This document shows positions 9,380-19,435 of a DNA stretch of 59,458 nt, in pieces. The first letter of the stretch is position 1, and each line of letters begins with the position of its first letter. Under the pieces are notes generated by a model, which was not told the origin of the DNA, ran no database searches, and saw only the letters and a program-made list of their open reading frames with translations. The position numbers and the translations under genes were made by a program. The stretch is from positions 1-59,458 of IMG/VR virus record IMGVR_UViG_3300042542_000678, one strand, 5' to 3'. The DNA is from a virus (taxonomy: Duplodnaviria; Caudoviricetes).

Positions 9380-10246
9380 TCATCGAGCTTTTCCGCTCAA
9401 ATCATAAACAAATTTACCACTACGCATTGCTTTAGCAATATCTTCTTGGTGATGTTCGTACTGCTTTGATGTTAGTTTAGCAACTTCTGATTCATAAATT
9501 ACACCATCTGTATCATTATCAGACGGGGCAGACTTACTACTGCGAGTGCCAACTCCTTGAGCAGCACTAGTATCTTCTTTAGGTTTCTTAGCCTTAGTCA
9601 AACCCATGTCGGCTTTGTAAAGATCAATGGCACGAGCAGCAGAACGAGCATCGTTATCATTCTCATACAGAGCCTGTTGAATCCAAGAAGGCTGTTCTTC
9701 AGCCCATGTATGGAACTCATCGGTGTCACGAATCTTGTCAAAGTCTGGATGCAAGCGGTTAAGTTCAAGCTCAGCTTTTTCACGAGCCGTTAGTTTCTCA
9801 CGCTCATCAAGCTTATTAAGGCGATCTTCAATGGCTAACGATTGTTCCTTTGCTTTTTTAATTGCAATGGTTTCAACAATCTTTGCAACATCTGGATAGG
9901 TCTTAGCCCATTCAGCAAGATCAGATTCAGATGTGGGAAGCTTAATTTGTTTCTCAGTGGACTTAGTAAGTTGTTCTTTCAACTCATCAATCTGCTTTTG
10001 AAAGGTTGTTTGCTGCTGTTGAGAATGACGGCGAAGATCACCATACCGCTTCTTAAAGCTTTTCTCTTCAGCATTCAACGAAGAGTCATCACCCTCTTCA
10101 GTCTCTTCTTTCTTTTTATCAGAGCCTTCCATAAGGCGTTTCAGTTCAGCCTCTTCAGTTTCGATACGCTCACGATTTGCATTGCGTGTACCGAATGGAA
10201 CCATTGCAGTCTTCTGCGTCTTTTGTTCAGCAACTACTTCTGTCAT
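9380..10246 (-). CDS. Capsid scaffolding protein
   Basis: Charged coiled coil with FKKRYGDLRRH, HPDF and C-terminal I..A.RSGKF.YD motifs; upstream of MCP. Confidence 0.75.
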   Translation of the reverse strand: MTEVVAEQKTQKTAMVPFGTRNANRERIETEEAELKRLMEGSDKKKEETEEGDDSSLNAEEKSFKKRYGDLRRHSQQQQTTFQKQIDELKEQLTKSTEKQIKLPTSESDLAEWAKTYPDVAKIVETIAIKKAKEQSLAIEDRLNKLDEREKLTAREKAELELNRLHPDFDKIRDTDEFHTWAEEQPSWIQQALYENDNDARSAARAIDLYKADMGLTKAKKPKEDTSAAQGVGTRSSKSAPSDNDTDGVIYESEVAKLTSKQYEHHQEDIAKAMRSGKFVYDLSGKAR

Positions 10247-10367
10247 AAATACCTTTTAAAGTTGGGGCCATCTGTAGCTAGAAATCTAGGGAGTAGGTAG
10301 CCAATAATGGTGGGAAATTATTATTTACCAACCAGCCCACCACTGGCTTTGGTATCTATATTATATA

Positions 10368-11816
10368 TCACTTACGAGAAGCAAGTCCTCTTTTAGCTTT
10401 AACTGCTGGTTTGTTTTTCTTTGTAACGAAGCCGCCTTTAGCAAGTCCTTCTCCTGCCCCAATACCACCACCTTCGTTTCCTGCGCCAGTAGTACCCCCA
10501 CTGTAACCACTGTCAGCGCCTGTATTGCCACTGTAAGCACCTTGCGATTCCAAGCTAGTATCTACTTCAGGACCAAAGTTTGTTGTAGTAATATCTGGTG
10601 CGCTTACAGGACTACTAATTGCGCCAGTATTTTGAACAGCAACAGCTTCATTTTCTGCTGCAACGGTAAGGCCAGAATTATTCACACTTTCGGCAGCAAT
10701 GGCAGCAGCCACACCTGCTTGTGCAGCGGATGTAGCGTTTGCTCCACCAAGCGTAGCGTTGGCAGCGGCTTGTGCAGCAGCAGCAACAGCTTCCGAAGAA
10801 TATCCAGCAGCAACGGCAGCGGCAGCAGCAGCAGTGCCAGCATTAGCAGCTTGACCACCTGTGCCTTGAGGGCCAGCGGTGGCAGGTGTAGCACCGCCCG
10901 GAATACCCATTTCATTACCATCTACAATTCCTTGTACCACATCAGCCGCATCTTTTGCATAACCTTTATTTAATGTATCATTCATTTGTCTTCCAACAAG
11001 TCCAAGCAAAGGAACACCTGTTACCAGCCCAATTACCGTACCAAGAATACCAGCCTGTGTATTAGTAAGACCAGTATTAGCGGCAGTTACAACGCCTGTG
11101 TTACTAATACTTGGAACAGCACCACCTTGTGATGTCCCCGGTGCTGGTCCGCTTGTTGGACCATCTCCCCCACCGCCGGTATCGACAGTTTTACCAGCGG
11201 CTGCTTTTGCAGCCACAGCAGCAGGGTCTTCTATAGTTGGAAGAATACCCTTCTTAGCGATATAACCAGCAGGAACAGCCAGTAATGGTTTTCCATTTAC
11301 ATGCGGAATATAAATGGTGTTACCAGACTCGTTGGTCATGGTCACCATCTCAAACCCTTTAATTGGGGATGACTTATACAAAGGTGCGTTAGCGGGATCA
11401 ACATAACCACCCTCAGCAAAGGCTGGCTCTTCAGTGCCCATGTCTTCGTTCATAATGGAATCAACTTCAGCACCAAATGTTTCATCGTCCATTTCAGACT
11501 CACCACCATGAAGAGCTTCAGCATTAGGTACTTCTTCAGCGTTACCCATCTGCCCAATCTCTTCCATCTTTTTCAAGCCTTCTTTGGCTTTGTCGCGCAT
11601 CTTCATGAGCGTAGAAAGACCAATGTATCGAGTAACATCAGCAGGGAAAATAAACTCACCTTCACTTATTTGTGCATCAATGTCATCACGCACTTCTTCT
11701 TGCAAAGCACCGGGAGGTACATCATTGCCAGACACGGGGTCTACTGTGTTGCCCTCTTGCATTACGCCGCCTTCAGCAAGCATGCGATCTGTTTCAGTTG
11801 TGTACATTGATTTCAT
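10368..11816 (-). CDS. Virion-associated protein, conserved N-terminal domain plus Gly/Ala-rich tail (start may be 11807)
   Basis: DPVSGNDVPPG...DDIDAQISEGEFIFPADV motif; between portal and scaffold; three xAxGG motifs. Confidence 0.6.
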   Translation of the reverse strand: MKSMYTTETDRMLAEGGVMQEGNTVDPVSGNDVPPGALQEEVRDDIDAQISEGEFIFPADVTRYIGLSTLMKMRDKAKEGLKKMEEIGQMGNAEEVPNAEALHGGESEMDDETFGAEVDSIMNEDMGTEEPAFAEGGYVDPANAPLYKSSPIKGFEMVTMTNESGNTIYIPHVNGKPLLAVPAGYIAKKGILPTIEDPAAVAAKAAAGKTVDTGGGGDGPTSGPAPGTSQGGAVPSISNTGVVTAANTGLTNTQAGILGTVIGLVTGVPLLGLVGRQMNDTLNKGYAKDAADVVQGIVDGNEMGIPGGATPATAGPQGTGGQAANAGTAAAAAAVAAGYSSEAVAAAAQAAANATLGGANATSAAQAGVAAAIAAESVNNSGLTVAAENEAVAVQNTGAISSPVSAPDITTTNFGPEVDTSLESQGAYSGNTGADSGYSGGTTGAGNEGGGIGAGEGLAKGGFVTKKNKPAVKAKRGLASRK

Positions 11817-12009
11817 CCTTCAGATATTTAAGTTGCCTTAGTGCGCCAATTGCACCTTGCGCTTTAAAGACATCACTCATTTCATTTGATTGTTCCAGCT
11901 TACGCCGCTGCTGTTCAATTTGATATTCAAGCATTTCAACAAATGCATCCCACTGATGGGGAGCAGTGAGCATCCCCTTCAGCTTTGGTAGATATGTCTT
12001 ATCGCTCAT
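11794..12009 (-). CDS. Small conserved protein downstream of portal
   Basis: 71 aa helical, FKAQG.I..LR.L motif, coupled to portal. Confidence 0.65.
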   Translation of the reverse strand: MSDKTYLPKLKGMLTAPHQWDAFVEMLEYQIEQQRRKLEQSNEMSDVFKAQGAIGALRQLKYLKDEINVHN

Positions 12010-14087
12010 GCCATCGGAGCCTGTGGAGGTGCAGCAGAGAAGCCTTGTTCGCCCGGAACTGGAGCAGCGCCAACACCAATGTTGCCACCACCACCACCAG
12101 ACATGTCAGCAACGCCCGGAGGTCCACCAACGCCTTGTGCTGGAACGCCACCGGCAGGAGGAGGTGTGGCACCAGATGTCTGTTGCAACAGAATGGCTTG
12201 CTTAGCTGCTTCTTCCATATTGTTAGTGACACGATCAGGGTCTAAGTCCATGCTCTTAGCAATTTCACGGATAATGTATGGGAACTTAGCAAACGGCATC
12301 AGAGATGGCTGGCTAGCTATCTGCAAGAATTGCATTAGACGCTGGCTGCGAACTTCATTTGCCATCAAGCTTTCAGTGCCACGAGCGTTAACTTCCAAGT
12401 CACCTTTAATCTCAGGGTCAAAGTCAAACTGCATGTTGAAGTTAAAGAATGCTTTACCCATTGGGCTAATAAGATAGTCATCAATGTTTTTAATGACAGT
12501 CTTTATTGAGCCACCGGCTGCGTTCATCAACATAGAAATGCCAGACGCTGTACGGCCTACACCGGACACTCCAGTTTGTCCGTGAGCAAACGATGGCATG
12601 CCAGTGGATTCATCAGCAAGCTGACGCGCCTTGTCAAACATCTGCATGTTTTCTTGAGACACGTTTGGAAACTTTGTACCGAAGATTGCTTGGCCGGGAG
12701 CGCCACCCTGACGGCGAAATACTTTGCCGGGATATACAGACATGTCTTGACCGGGCACCATGTTGGTTTCATCAACCTCAAAGATTAGATTGCCAGACAA
12801 GACGGCGTTATCAACGCCCATCCGCATGAAGCCATTCATCAATGTTTGGGTATCGTCCATGTTCTCAGCAACACCAACACCAGCAAGTGAGTATGGGTTC
12901 AGTTCGTATGGAGTTGCGTAGTAGGGAATACGAGATGGTTTAAACGGATTAAGGACAAGACGAATAATCTTGCCGTTGCAATACCAGATGTTGGCTTGCA
13001 TCTCATCACCGTCATCAAACTCTTCAGGAACATCAATCTCGTTTTCTTTGAGCAGTTCAATGGTGACATTGCCCCAATACTCCAACACTTCAAAACGATC
13101 AACTCCATAGTTCGGAGCGTAGTCTTTCAGATCGTCTTCCCAATACTTTTTAACATAGGACTCACCCTGCTCAATGAGTTGGTCAATGACATTCTTGCGG
13201 AAATGTGGACGGCGTTTCAGAGCGCGAAGCTGAGTGCGCGACATCTTGTGTCGTTCAATAATATACTGACAATCTTCTGTGTTGCTAGCGTCAGGGTCCC
13301 AATAGAAGTTCCAAAGAGAAACATGCGAACCCTCTGGTACAGTTTTGATTACTGGCTTGTACTCGCCTTGATCTGTCCAGTTTGGATATTCTTTGTTGAC
13401 TGCAAACGGACCCTTCATAACGCCTGTACCAAACAGTGCCATTTCAAATGCCGTAGCGCGAAGATGCTTACTCGCTCCACTCTCATCTAGCTGGTCATGG
13501 ATTTTCTTCTCCATCTTCTTAGCAGCCACCATAGCTGGACTAAATGTAAGTGACGATGGTGTAACGCCCGGACCCTTCTTAAGACCTTTAACATCCTTAA
13601 GGTCTTCTTTCAAAGCACCAAGCATATCTTCAATATTGTCTAAGCTGAAGTCTTTGCCAATGCTTGCAGAACCCTCATCGCCAAAAGGAATGGAAGGAAC
13701 ACTAGGAGCAGCAGCAGGGTCAAAATGTACAGCTTCAAGAACACCATCTGGTAAAACAGAAGGGTCGATGCTTAACGGGAACTTGTTGTTAGAAAACAAC
13801 ACATCTGTAATCTGACCATAGGCAGCAAGCGTTTTAGTCTTTGTAACCTTTACAAACACCCTGCTCTTTTCAGTAGAAGTAAACTGTACATCAGCACCAT
13901 ACAAACCACGATAGTTCCGATAAGCTTTGAGCCAACGAGTTTCATCAGATCGGCGGCTTTCTTCAGAACGACTAAATCGTTTCTCAATAAAGCTAAGCAA
14001 ACTATCCCCCTTGAAATCATCTGCTTTTTTAGAAGCATCATCAAGGGCTAATGACTTATCATTAGAGGGTTTATCAATTAGTGCCAT
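12006..14087 (-). CDS. Portal protein
   Basis: 693 aa after TerL; RTASGISMLM, K.VIKNIDD motifs typical of podovirus portals. Confidence 0.9.
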   Translation of the reverse strand: MALIDKPSNDKSLALDDASKKADDFKGDSLLSFIEKRFSRSEESRRSDETRWLKAYRNYRGLYGADVQFTSTEKSRVFVKVTKTKTLAAYGQITDVLFSNNKFPLSIDPSVLPDGVLEAVHFDPAAAPSVPSIPFGDEGSASIGKDFSLDNIEDMLGALKEDLKDVKGLKKGPGVTPSSLTFSPAMVAAKKMEKKIHDQLDESGASKHLRATAFEMALFGTGVMKGPFAVNKEYPNWTDQGEYKPVIKTVPEGSHVSLWNFYWDPDASNTEDCQYIIERHKMSRTQLRALKRRPHFRKNVIDQLIEQGESYVKKYWEDDLKDYAPNYGVDRFEVLEYWGNVTIELLKENEIDVPEEFDDGDEMQANIWYCNGKIIRLVLNPFKPSRIPYYATPYELNPYSLAGVGVAENMDDTQTLMNGFMRMGVDNAVLSGNLIFEVDETNMVPGQDMSVYPGKVFRRQGGAPGQAIFGTKFPNVSQENMQMFDKARQLADESTGMPSFAHGQTGVSGVGRTASGISMLMNAAGGSIKTVIKNIDDYLISPMGKAFFNFNMQFDFDPEIKGDLEVNARGTESLMANEVRSQRLMQFLQIASQPSLMPFAKFPYIIREIAKSMDLDPDRVTNNMEEAAKQAILLQQTSGATPPPAGGVPAQGVGGPPGVADMSGGGGGNIGVGAAPVPGEQGFSAAPPQAPMA

Positions 14088-14130
14088 GTATTTTCCACAT
14101 TAAATTTATTGTACCGTTGAAGGTATACCA

Positions 14131-15708
14131 TCAATAACCCATAACAGGGTCTGCAATAATCATTCCAGATTGAGAAGTTAGTGGGTTATAATCAAATAAT
14201 CCGCTACGAGGACGGCTCATAAGCCCATAACGAAGGGCATCATAGGTGTGATCATTGCTCACTTTAGTGTTGATATCCTCTGGATTCACCTTACTTAAGG
14301 GCAATGTAGGGAGGTCACCAATGATCTGAATACATGTGTTAAAGAATGTAATGCGTGGATTTTCAGTAAAACCATCCACTTGCAAGCGCCTATGCACCTC
14401 ATTCTTACCAGCAACACGGCTACCAGAGCTACGATCAGCGGGTCGCCAGCGGCATCCCTTCATAATCATACGCTCTGCAATGGATGGACCAGTGTCGCCA
14501 CGCTTATGCCAGCAACTACTGTCCAATACACCATATCTAATCTTCTCATTACTTTCAAGATTCAAAATCTTGACGGCTAAATCCTCTGCTAGCACCTTGC
14601 TAACGTACAATTCTCGATATACCACCACAGAATCGTCAGGAGCTACAGCAAACCACAGCACAGCGCTGTAACTTCCGTAGCCATAGTCGCAACTTCTGAA
14701 TCTAGGCCAGCTATGTGGTATTTCGTAGGGTTCAACAACGTGAATCGCCCTGTTAAACTCAGAGAAAGCTGCACCTTCTGCAATATCCCAGTTGCCATCA
14801 AGCAATTGCTTGCGTTGATGCTCTGGAAGGGACAGCAGCATGGCCTCATAGTCACCAGACTCAGCCAAATACGGGTTATCTGACAGCTTTGCTGGTATAA
14901 ACTTGCGTTTAAATAGCGCTTCACCCTCTCTGCTATGCCCTTTAGGGAATCTCATCACCTCGCCTGTCTCAATATCGGTGGCAAGGAACGATTTATTCGG
15001 TGGAGAAGGAAGAATAAACATCTTCCTAACCCATTGGTGGCCGGGACCACCCGGATTCGTAGTGGCTCTCATGTACAAAGGCAGATCATGAGCAGCAGTA
15101 CGCAGCCGTGAACGCATATAGTTGTACGCAAAGGGGGTTGCCCACTGTGTAAGCTCATCAAAAGCTATGTACGAGAAGCTCAAACCCTGATATCGCATAA
15201 CGTCTTCATCTCTATCGAGGTAAGACATCCACAATCTAGCGCCCGAAGGAGCTTGCCACTGCATCTTTCGCTCACTCCACTTGATGCCGGGATATATCTT
15301 TGGATACATCTCCTGACTTTTCCAAATCAGTTCACGAAGTTCCTCAGTAGTGTGGCGTAGAACAAGTCCAGAAAACTGTGGATGACCCATGTAACGCAAC
15401 GGGTCTGCTAAAATCGCATAACTCTTACCACCACCAGCAGAGCCACCATACAATACTTCACGCTCTGGCGCTGCTAAGAAAGAAGTCTGTGGGCCAGCAT
15501 TAGGCTTGAAGATGATGTTCTGTAATTCAACTACGGGTGCTGCTGTCGCTGAAGGTATTTCTGATGGCTCCGTAACGATCTGTGGTAAAGAAACTTTCTT
15601 GGCCGGTGCCTGTTCTTTTTTCGTACTCTTCCGCTTTCTTAAGGGCTTCTTCGTACCTGTCGGCAAGCTTTCTATAAGTAGACGATTTTCGTTTGTGGGA
15701 CTGCTCAT
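14131..15708 (-). CDS. terL: Terminase large subunit
   Basis: Walker A GGSAGGGKS, Walker B IAFDE, TTNPGG motif, RNase H-like nuclease (DYG...DHTYDALRY). Confidence 0.95.
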   Translation of the reverse strand: MSSPTNENRLLIESLPTGTKKPLRKRKSTKKEQAPAKKVSLPQIVTEPSEIPSATAAPVVELQNIIFKPNAGPQTSFLAAPEREVLYGGSAGGGKSYAILADPLRYMGHPQFSGLVLRHTTEELRELIWKSQEMYPKIYPGIKWSERKMQWQAPSGARLWMSYLDRDEDVMRYQGLSFSYIAFDELTQWATPFAYNYMRSRLRTAAHDLPLYMRATTNPGGPGHQWVRKMFILPSPPNKSFLATDIETGEVMRFPKGHSREGEALFKRKFIPAKLSDNPYLAESGDYEAMLLSLPEHQRKQLLDGNWDIAEGAAFSEFNRAIHVVEPYEIPHSWPRFRSCDYGYGSYSAVLWFAVAPDDSVVVYRELYVSKVLAEDLAVKILNLESNEKIRYGVLDSSCWHKRGDTGPSIAERMIMKGCRWRPADRSSGSRVAGKNEVHRRLQVDGFTENPRITFFNTCIQIIGDLPTLPLSKVNPEDINTKVSNDHTYDALRYGLMSRPRSGLFDYNPLTSQSGMIIADPVMGY

Positions 15709-15982
15709 TTTTTAATCGTTTAGATAAACCGACATGGCTGATTTCTCGACCAGTTACTTTCGTTAGCCATATAGCCACCTTTCGCACAGCGTATTGTTTA
15801 ACATACAGCTTTGCTTTTTCAAGCGCTTCAAGTTCTTGTGGTATAGGGATAAGCCAGTTGTCATCGTTCTCATCTTTTCTATAACCAAAAGGAACTGTCC
15901 TAGCCAATCGTGGAATAGGAACATATTCTTTTTTATCTTCTGGTTGTGGCAGTATCCATTTACCAAGCTCAAGTTCTTGCAT
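15527..15982 (-). CDS. Conserved phage protein with PFGY motif and probable HTH, overlapping terL 5' end
   Basis: RTVPFGY...VRKVAIWL...ISHVGL motif resembling recombinase-type DNA-binding domains. Confidence 0.65.
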   Translation of the reverse strand: MQELELGKWILPQPEDKKEYVPIPRLARTVPFGYRKDENDDNWLIPIPQELEALEKAKLYVKQYAVRKVAIWLTKVTGREISHVGLSKRLKNEQSHKRKSSTYRKLADRYEEALKKAEEYEKRTGTGQESFFTTDRYGAIRNTFSDSSTRS

Positions 15983-16350
15983 CAGTCTTCCTCGCGTTCC
16001 TTTGCTGGCAAGATCATAACACCATTTGTAGCTTCAACTTGAATCTTATCTGTTTTGGCAAGACCAGCACGATCAAGCAAATCTTTGGCAGCACTCATCT
16101 TCTCTTTGATGCCAAGCTCTGTTGGGTCAAGAATACCATCAACCATAGCAAGAGCAGCGCGTGGCGCATTCATTGCAATGTAAAGCTGAGTGGCTTCAAT
16201 GATTTCTTCTTTGAGATAGTTGGTGAGCAGACGGCTGTTGTAGCCCTCAGAGAAACCAGCTAGCTGTTTAGCTTTGTTGATGCTACCTTTGGCTTCACCA
16301 AATAATACATCAAGGAATTTCTTATGTTGTTCTGTAAGTTCTTTTGCCAT
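15982..16350 (-). CDS. Probable terminase small subunit
   Basis: LTEQHKKFL N-terminal HTH-like start, AAKDLLDRAG motif, upstream of terL. Confidence 0.55.
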   Translation of the reverse strand: MAKELTEQHKKFLDVLFGEAKGSINKAKQLAGFSEGYNSRLLTNYLKEEIIEATQLYIAMNAPRAALAMVDGILDPTELGIKEKMSAAKDLLDRAGLAKTDKIQVEATNGVMILPAKEREED

Positions 16351-16362
16351 TTTATTCTTTCG

Positions 16363-16698
16363 TTATTTGGTTGCTGCCAGATACTCTTCTTTAACTTTGA
16401 CAGATACGGTGATGACGTTGGCAACAGAAGCTAAGCCACGCAGAGTGTCATTAGGCTGAAGAATGAATCCGTCTGTCAGTTGAAGAACGCTATTTGGATA
16501 CATCACCACTTGCTCAGCAATGGTGTAAAATGTTGTAGTCTTTGAGTCATACCAATCAAGTGAGAAGGTGACATTGCTGCTAGACGCATTAGAAACAATA
16601 ATGCTGTCTACGCTAGCTTCAAAGCGTGAAGGTACGGTGTAGACAGTGCTGTTAGTTGTCAGCAACTCCTTACCAAGTGTTCTGTTTTTAGATGCCAT
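16363..16698 (-). CDS. Small beta-rich virion-type protein
   Basis: 111 aa; resembles 2480..2806. Confidence 0.55.
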   Translation of the reverse strand: MASKNRTLGKELLTTNSTVYTVPSRFEASVDSIIVSNASSSNVTFSLDWYDSKTTTFYTIAEQVVMYPNSVLQLTDGFILQPNDTLRGLASVANVITVSVKVKEEYLAATK

Positions 16699-16700
16699 GT

Positions 16701-17942
16701 TTATGTAAGATCATAAAAAGTAAGAGAACCAATACCACCACCAGTTCCTGTCAATGTTCTAGCAGCCAGTGTATAAATATCACTATCACCAGCTAAAGAA
16801 CTGCCAAGTTGTAAATCCCAGTTGTAACCAGACCCTGTAGCTAATGGCACTCTACCTGATTTTCCTGTGGTAAATTCAGTGTAACAAATAGTTCCACCAC
16901 TCATTGATGTTGATGCTATATCTTGTTCAACATTATTAGTAGAAGAAGCTGTTGTCCATGTTGGCGTTGTTAGTGTTGTATTTTTAAACAGGGCCAACTC
17001 ATAATTATCCGAAGTGGTTGGTAAGAAATTTAAATTGTATGGCAAAACTACAGCACCAAATGCTGCTGAGGCTAGTCTAATAGACACCAGTGGCTTGAAT
17101 GTTGTTGTTAAAAATGTACCTGTTGTAGCAGATGTCATCCTAGCTGAATGTTCTTGTGACACCGCTTCATATCCACCTTCAGACATTACTGAAGAACAAA
17201 TTTGTTTCAATGCTGATGAAGAAGCTACAGTGCCAGTATTAGTAATTTCATACCTGACAGGCAAGATTGCTGTTGTCATATACACAGCTGTTTGCTCATT
17301 GGCATTGTGAAACGTATGAGCAACAATAAACACTCCATTGATTACAAATCCACACCTAACACTACCAACACCCAACCATTCAAAATCTAGAAATAAAATC
17401 TGAGTTTTAGTTAAGTCTAGCGTAATTCCGCTAGAACCTGTACCATCTAGCTTATCCCCATTCCAACTAGCCTTAGCTGCATATCGCGCATCACTTGCGC
17501 TGCCGCTTGTGGATGTTCTTAAAACAAATGTAATGCCATTAGCACCTTGTTCTAAGAATACACCATTGCCTGTATTAAAGTAACCAACTCGCTGTCTTAG
17601 ATTGGTCTTGGCTGTATCCATTTTAAATGTAGCCAACAACAACAAACTCTTACCCGGCTGATAAGGAAACACTCTGAATGTCTGTCTTACTACTTCATCA
17701 GCTGAAGTTGTTGACACAGCCATACTTACAGAAGACTCATTAGATAAATGAGTGGCTGCTCCACTACCAGCAGTAGAGGTGCTAAACTGCCCATCAATAG
17801 CATATCTGTTCTGACTATCGAACAACGTGTAAGGCTCACTAACACGAAGTCTACCAAAGGCATCTGTGTTAGTACCGCCAAAGCTAACAGTGTTGCCACT
17901 GCTAGCAATGCGTACAAGTTCTGGATAGGAGGTTATGCTCAT
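16701..17942 (-). CDS. Conserved beta-rich phage protein (probable virion component)
   Basis: DAFGRLRVS, YQPGKS, WNGDKLDGTG.SG..LD, EWLGVG.VR motifs. Confidence 0.6.
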   Translation of the reverse strand: MSITSYPELVRIASSGNTVSFGGTNTDAFGRLRVSEPYTLFDSQNRYAIDGQFSTSTAGSGAATHLSNESSVSMAVSTTSADEVVRQTFRVFPYQPGKSLLLLATFKMDTAKTNLRQRVGYFNTGNGVFLEQGANGITFVLRTSTSGSASDARYAAKASWNGDKLDGTGSSGITLDLTKTQILFLDFEWLGVGSVRCGFVINGVFIVAHTFHNANEQTAVYMTTAILPVRYEITNTGTVASSSALKQICSSVMSEGGYEAVSQEHSARMTSATTGTFLTTTFKPLVSIRLASAAFGAVVLPYNLNFLPTTSDNYELALFKNTTLTTPTWTTASSTNNVEQDIASTSMSGGTICYTEFTTGKSGRVPLATGSGYNWDLQLGSSLAGDSDIYTLAARTLTGTGGGIGSLTFYDLT

Positions 17943-18059
17943 TATTTCTTTTTCTGTTTCACTTTAACTTCAGACAATATTTCAAACGATCTTTAAGTTT
18001 GACTACCAACAGCTTTACACTTTCTAAAGTTTCTTTAATGAAACGCTCTATATTATCTT

Positions 18060-18518
18060 TCATTTCTTAGCTTTCTGTGTTGGTGGTACTGAAGCGCCAC
18101 AGTTTGCCATGATCATGCCGCCTTTGGCATACTTTTTAGCCATGCCACCTTTGTTAAAATCCATAGCATCTGATTCACGATCAGCAGCTTTTTGAATGCT
18201 GTCGCGCATACTTTCGCTACTCATTGGTCTTTTCTTATTGGCATCAATTCTGTTTTCAACTTGCTTCTTGCTGAGTGAACCTTCGCGTTCTTTCTCTTTC
18301 AAAGACTTAACTGTTTCTTTGTTTTCTGATCTGCGTTCAAGTTCCATTTTAGAATAGTACTTATCGTCCGTTTCACCTGATTTGGCAATGGATTCAAGCT
18401 CAGCCTTTTTCTTTGAAACCATTTCCCTCATTTTAGTTAGATGCTCAACCTCAGATTGCACAGCGCCGGTAGCATCTTTCTTAATTGCCTTTGCTGCAAA
18501 TTTACCTAGAATAGACAT
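18060..18518 (-). CDS. Lys/Glu-rich hypothetical protein with xxKGG motifs
   Basis: 152 aa ORF in coupled cluster; FNKGG and YAKGG. Confidence 0.65.
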   Translation of the reverse strand: MSILGKFAAKAIKKDATGAVQSEVEHLTKMREMVSKKKAELESIAKSGETDDKYYSKMELERRSENKETVKSLKEKEREGSLSKKQVENRIDANKKRPMSSESMRDSIQKAADRESDAMDFNKGGMAKKYAKGGMIMANCGASVPPTQKAKK

Positions 18519-18520
18519 GA

Positions 18521-18691
18521 TTATTTACCCTTCTTAGCTATTGGCTTAGCAGCTGGCTTAGCAACACCAATCATGATGGCAATAGCTGGCTTACCACCCT
18601 TGCCCTCTTTAGCCATACACTTACCGGCAGCTTTACATTTGGCTGGTGTAGGGCATCCCTCACAAGGTTTAAACGCTTTCTTAGTAGCCAT
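18521..18691 (-). CDS. Small Lys-rich protein with four Cys (not in ORF track)
   Basis: MATKKAFKPCEGCPTPAKCKAAGKCMAKEGKGGKPAIAIMIGVAKPAAKPIAKKGK; fills the gap between neighbours. Confidence 0.7.
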   Translation of the reverse strand: MATKKAFKPCEGCPTPAKCKAAGKCMAKEGKGGKPAIAIMIGVAKPAAKPIAKKGK

Positions 18692-18693
18692 TA

Positions 18694-18984
18694 TCATTTA
18701 CCTTTCTTAGCCGAAGTGGGTTTCTTAGCCACACCACCCTTAGCCATCATTGGTGTCTTCATTGCATAACCACCACCCATCATCTTTGTCTCTTTATGCT
18801 TGGCTGTGCGGCTACCCCTTACAGGCAACATTGCACCACCCTTGTTCATTGTAGGCTTAGCAGCTGCTTTCTCAACAGCGTTGGCTTTGTCGAGATAGGT
18901 GTTACGGACAGCTTGTGGCAAGCTCTTGTCTTCAGCCATCTTACGGAATCGTGCAGCCATTTGTTCAGGAGTTTCAGTAGCCAT
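18694..18984 (-). CDS. Basic hypothetical protein with repeated MxKGG motifs
   Basis: MNKGG, MMGGG, MAKGG. Confidence 0.7.
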   Translation of the reverse strand: MATETPEQMAARFRKMAEDKSLPQAVRNTYLDKANAVEKAAAKPTMNKGGAMLPVRGSRTAKHKETKMMGGGYAMKTPMMAKGGVAKKPTSAKKGK

Positions 18985-18998
18985 TATATTTCTTTCAA

Positions 18999-19199
18999 TT
19001 AAATAATGCTGTTAGTGCGATCTATACAGACAACCGCTACAGCTTCAATAGGTTTGTCTTTCAACAAAACCACCAACTCTTTCATTTGCATAGACGCTGC
19101 AAGTTTGCAGCTTCCTATGTTGGTGTGCATAACATATGGCTCTCGTTCTAACAAAGTACACACCTGTGCCATGCATACAATGAACTGCGCTATATACAT
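18999..19199 (-). CDS. Small Cys-containing hypothetical protein
   Basis: 66 aa ORF in co-oriented cluster. Confidence 0.55.
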   Translation of the reverse strand: MYIAQFIVCMAQVCTLLEREPYVMHTNIGSCKLAASMQMKELVVLLKDKPIEAVAVVCIDRTNSII

Positions 19200-19201
19200 A
19201 A

Positions 19202-19435
19202 CTAACGATATTTAGCCGTCTTCTTTGCTACGCTCTTTGGCTGAGCAACAAACTGTTTACCCTTTGCTGTGCCCTCACGCTTGGCTTTGGTGGTGGCAGC
19301 ATATTCCTGTGAAGACAAAGCCTTGATGGCCTTCTCAGGCAGGTAGCGCTCCCCTGTCTCAGAGGAAGGCTTACCAGACTTTGTTTTCCATTTCTGATCG
19401 CCCCAATCCTTCAAAGACTTCTGAGGAGCTTTCAT
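19202..19435 (-). CDS. Basic protein, DUF5872-like C-terminal half
   Basis: QKSLKDW..QKW.TKSG...RYLPEKA motif. Confidence 0.65.
   Translation of the reverse strand: MKAPQKSLKDWGDQKWKTKSGKPSSETGERYLPEKAIKALSSQEYAATTKAKREGTAKGKQFVAQPKSVAKKTAKYR

Noticed and set aside
17942-18063. Possible 34-aa ORF (17959..18063, -) or decayed basic-protein gene
   Set aside because: Too short and ambiguous between two frames to support a call
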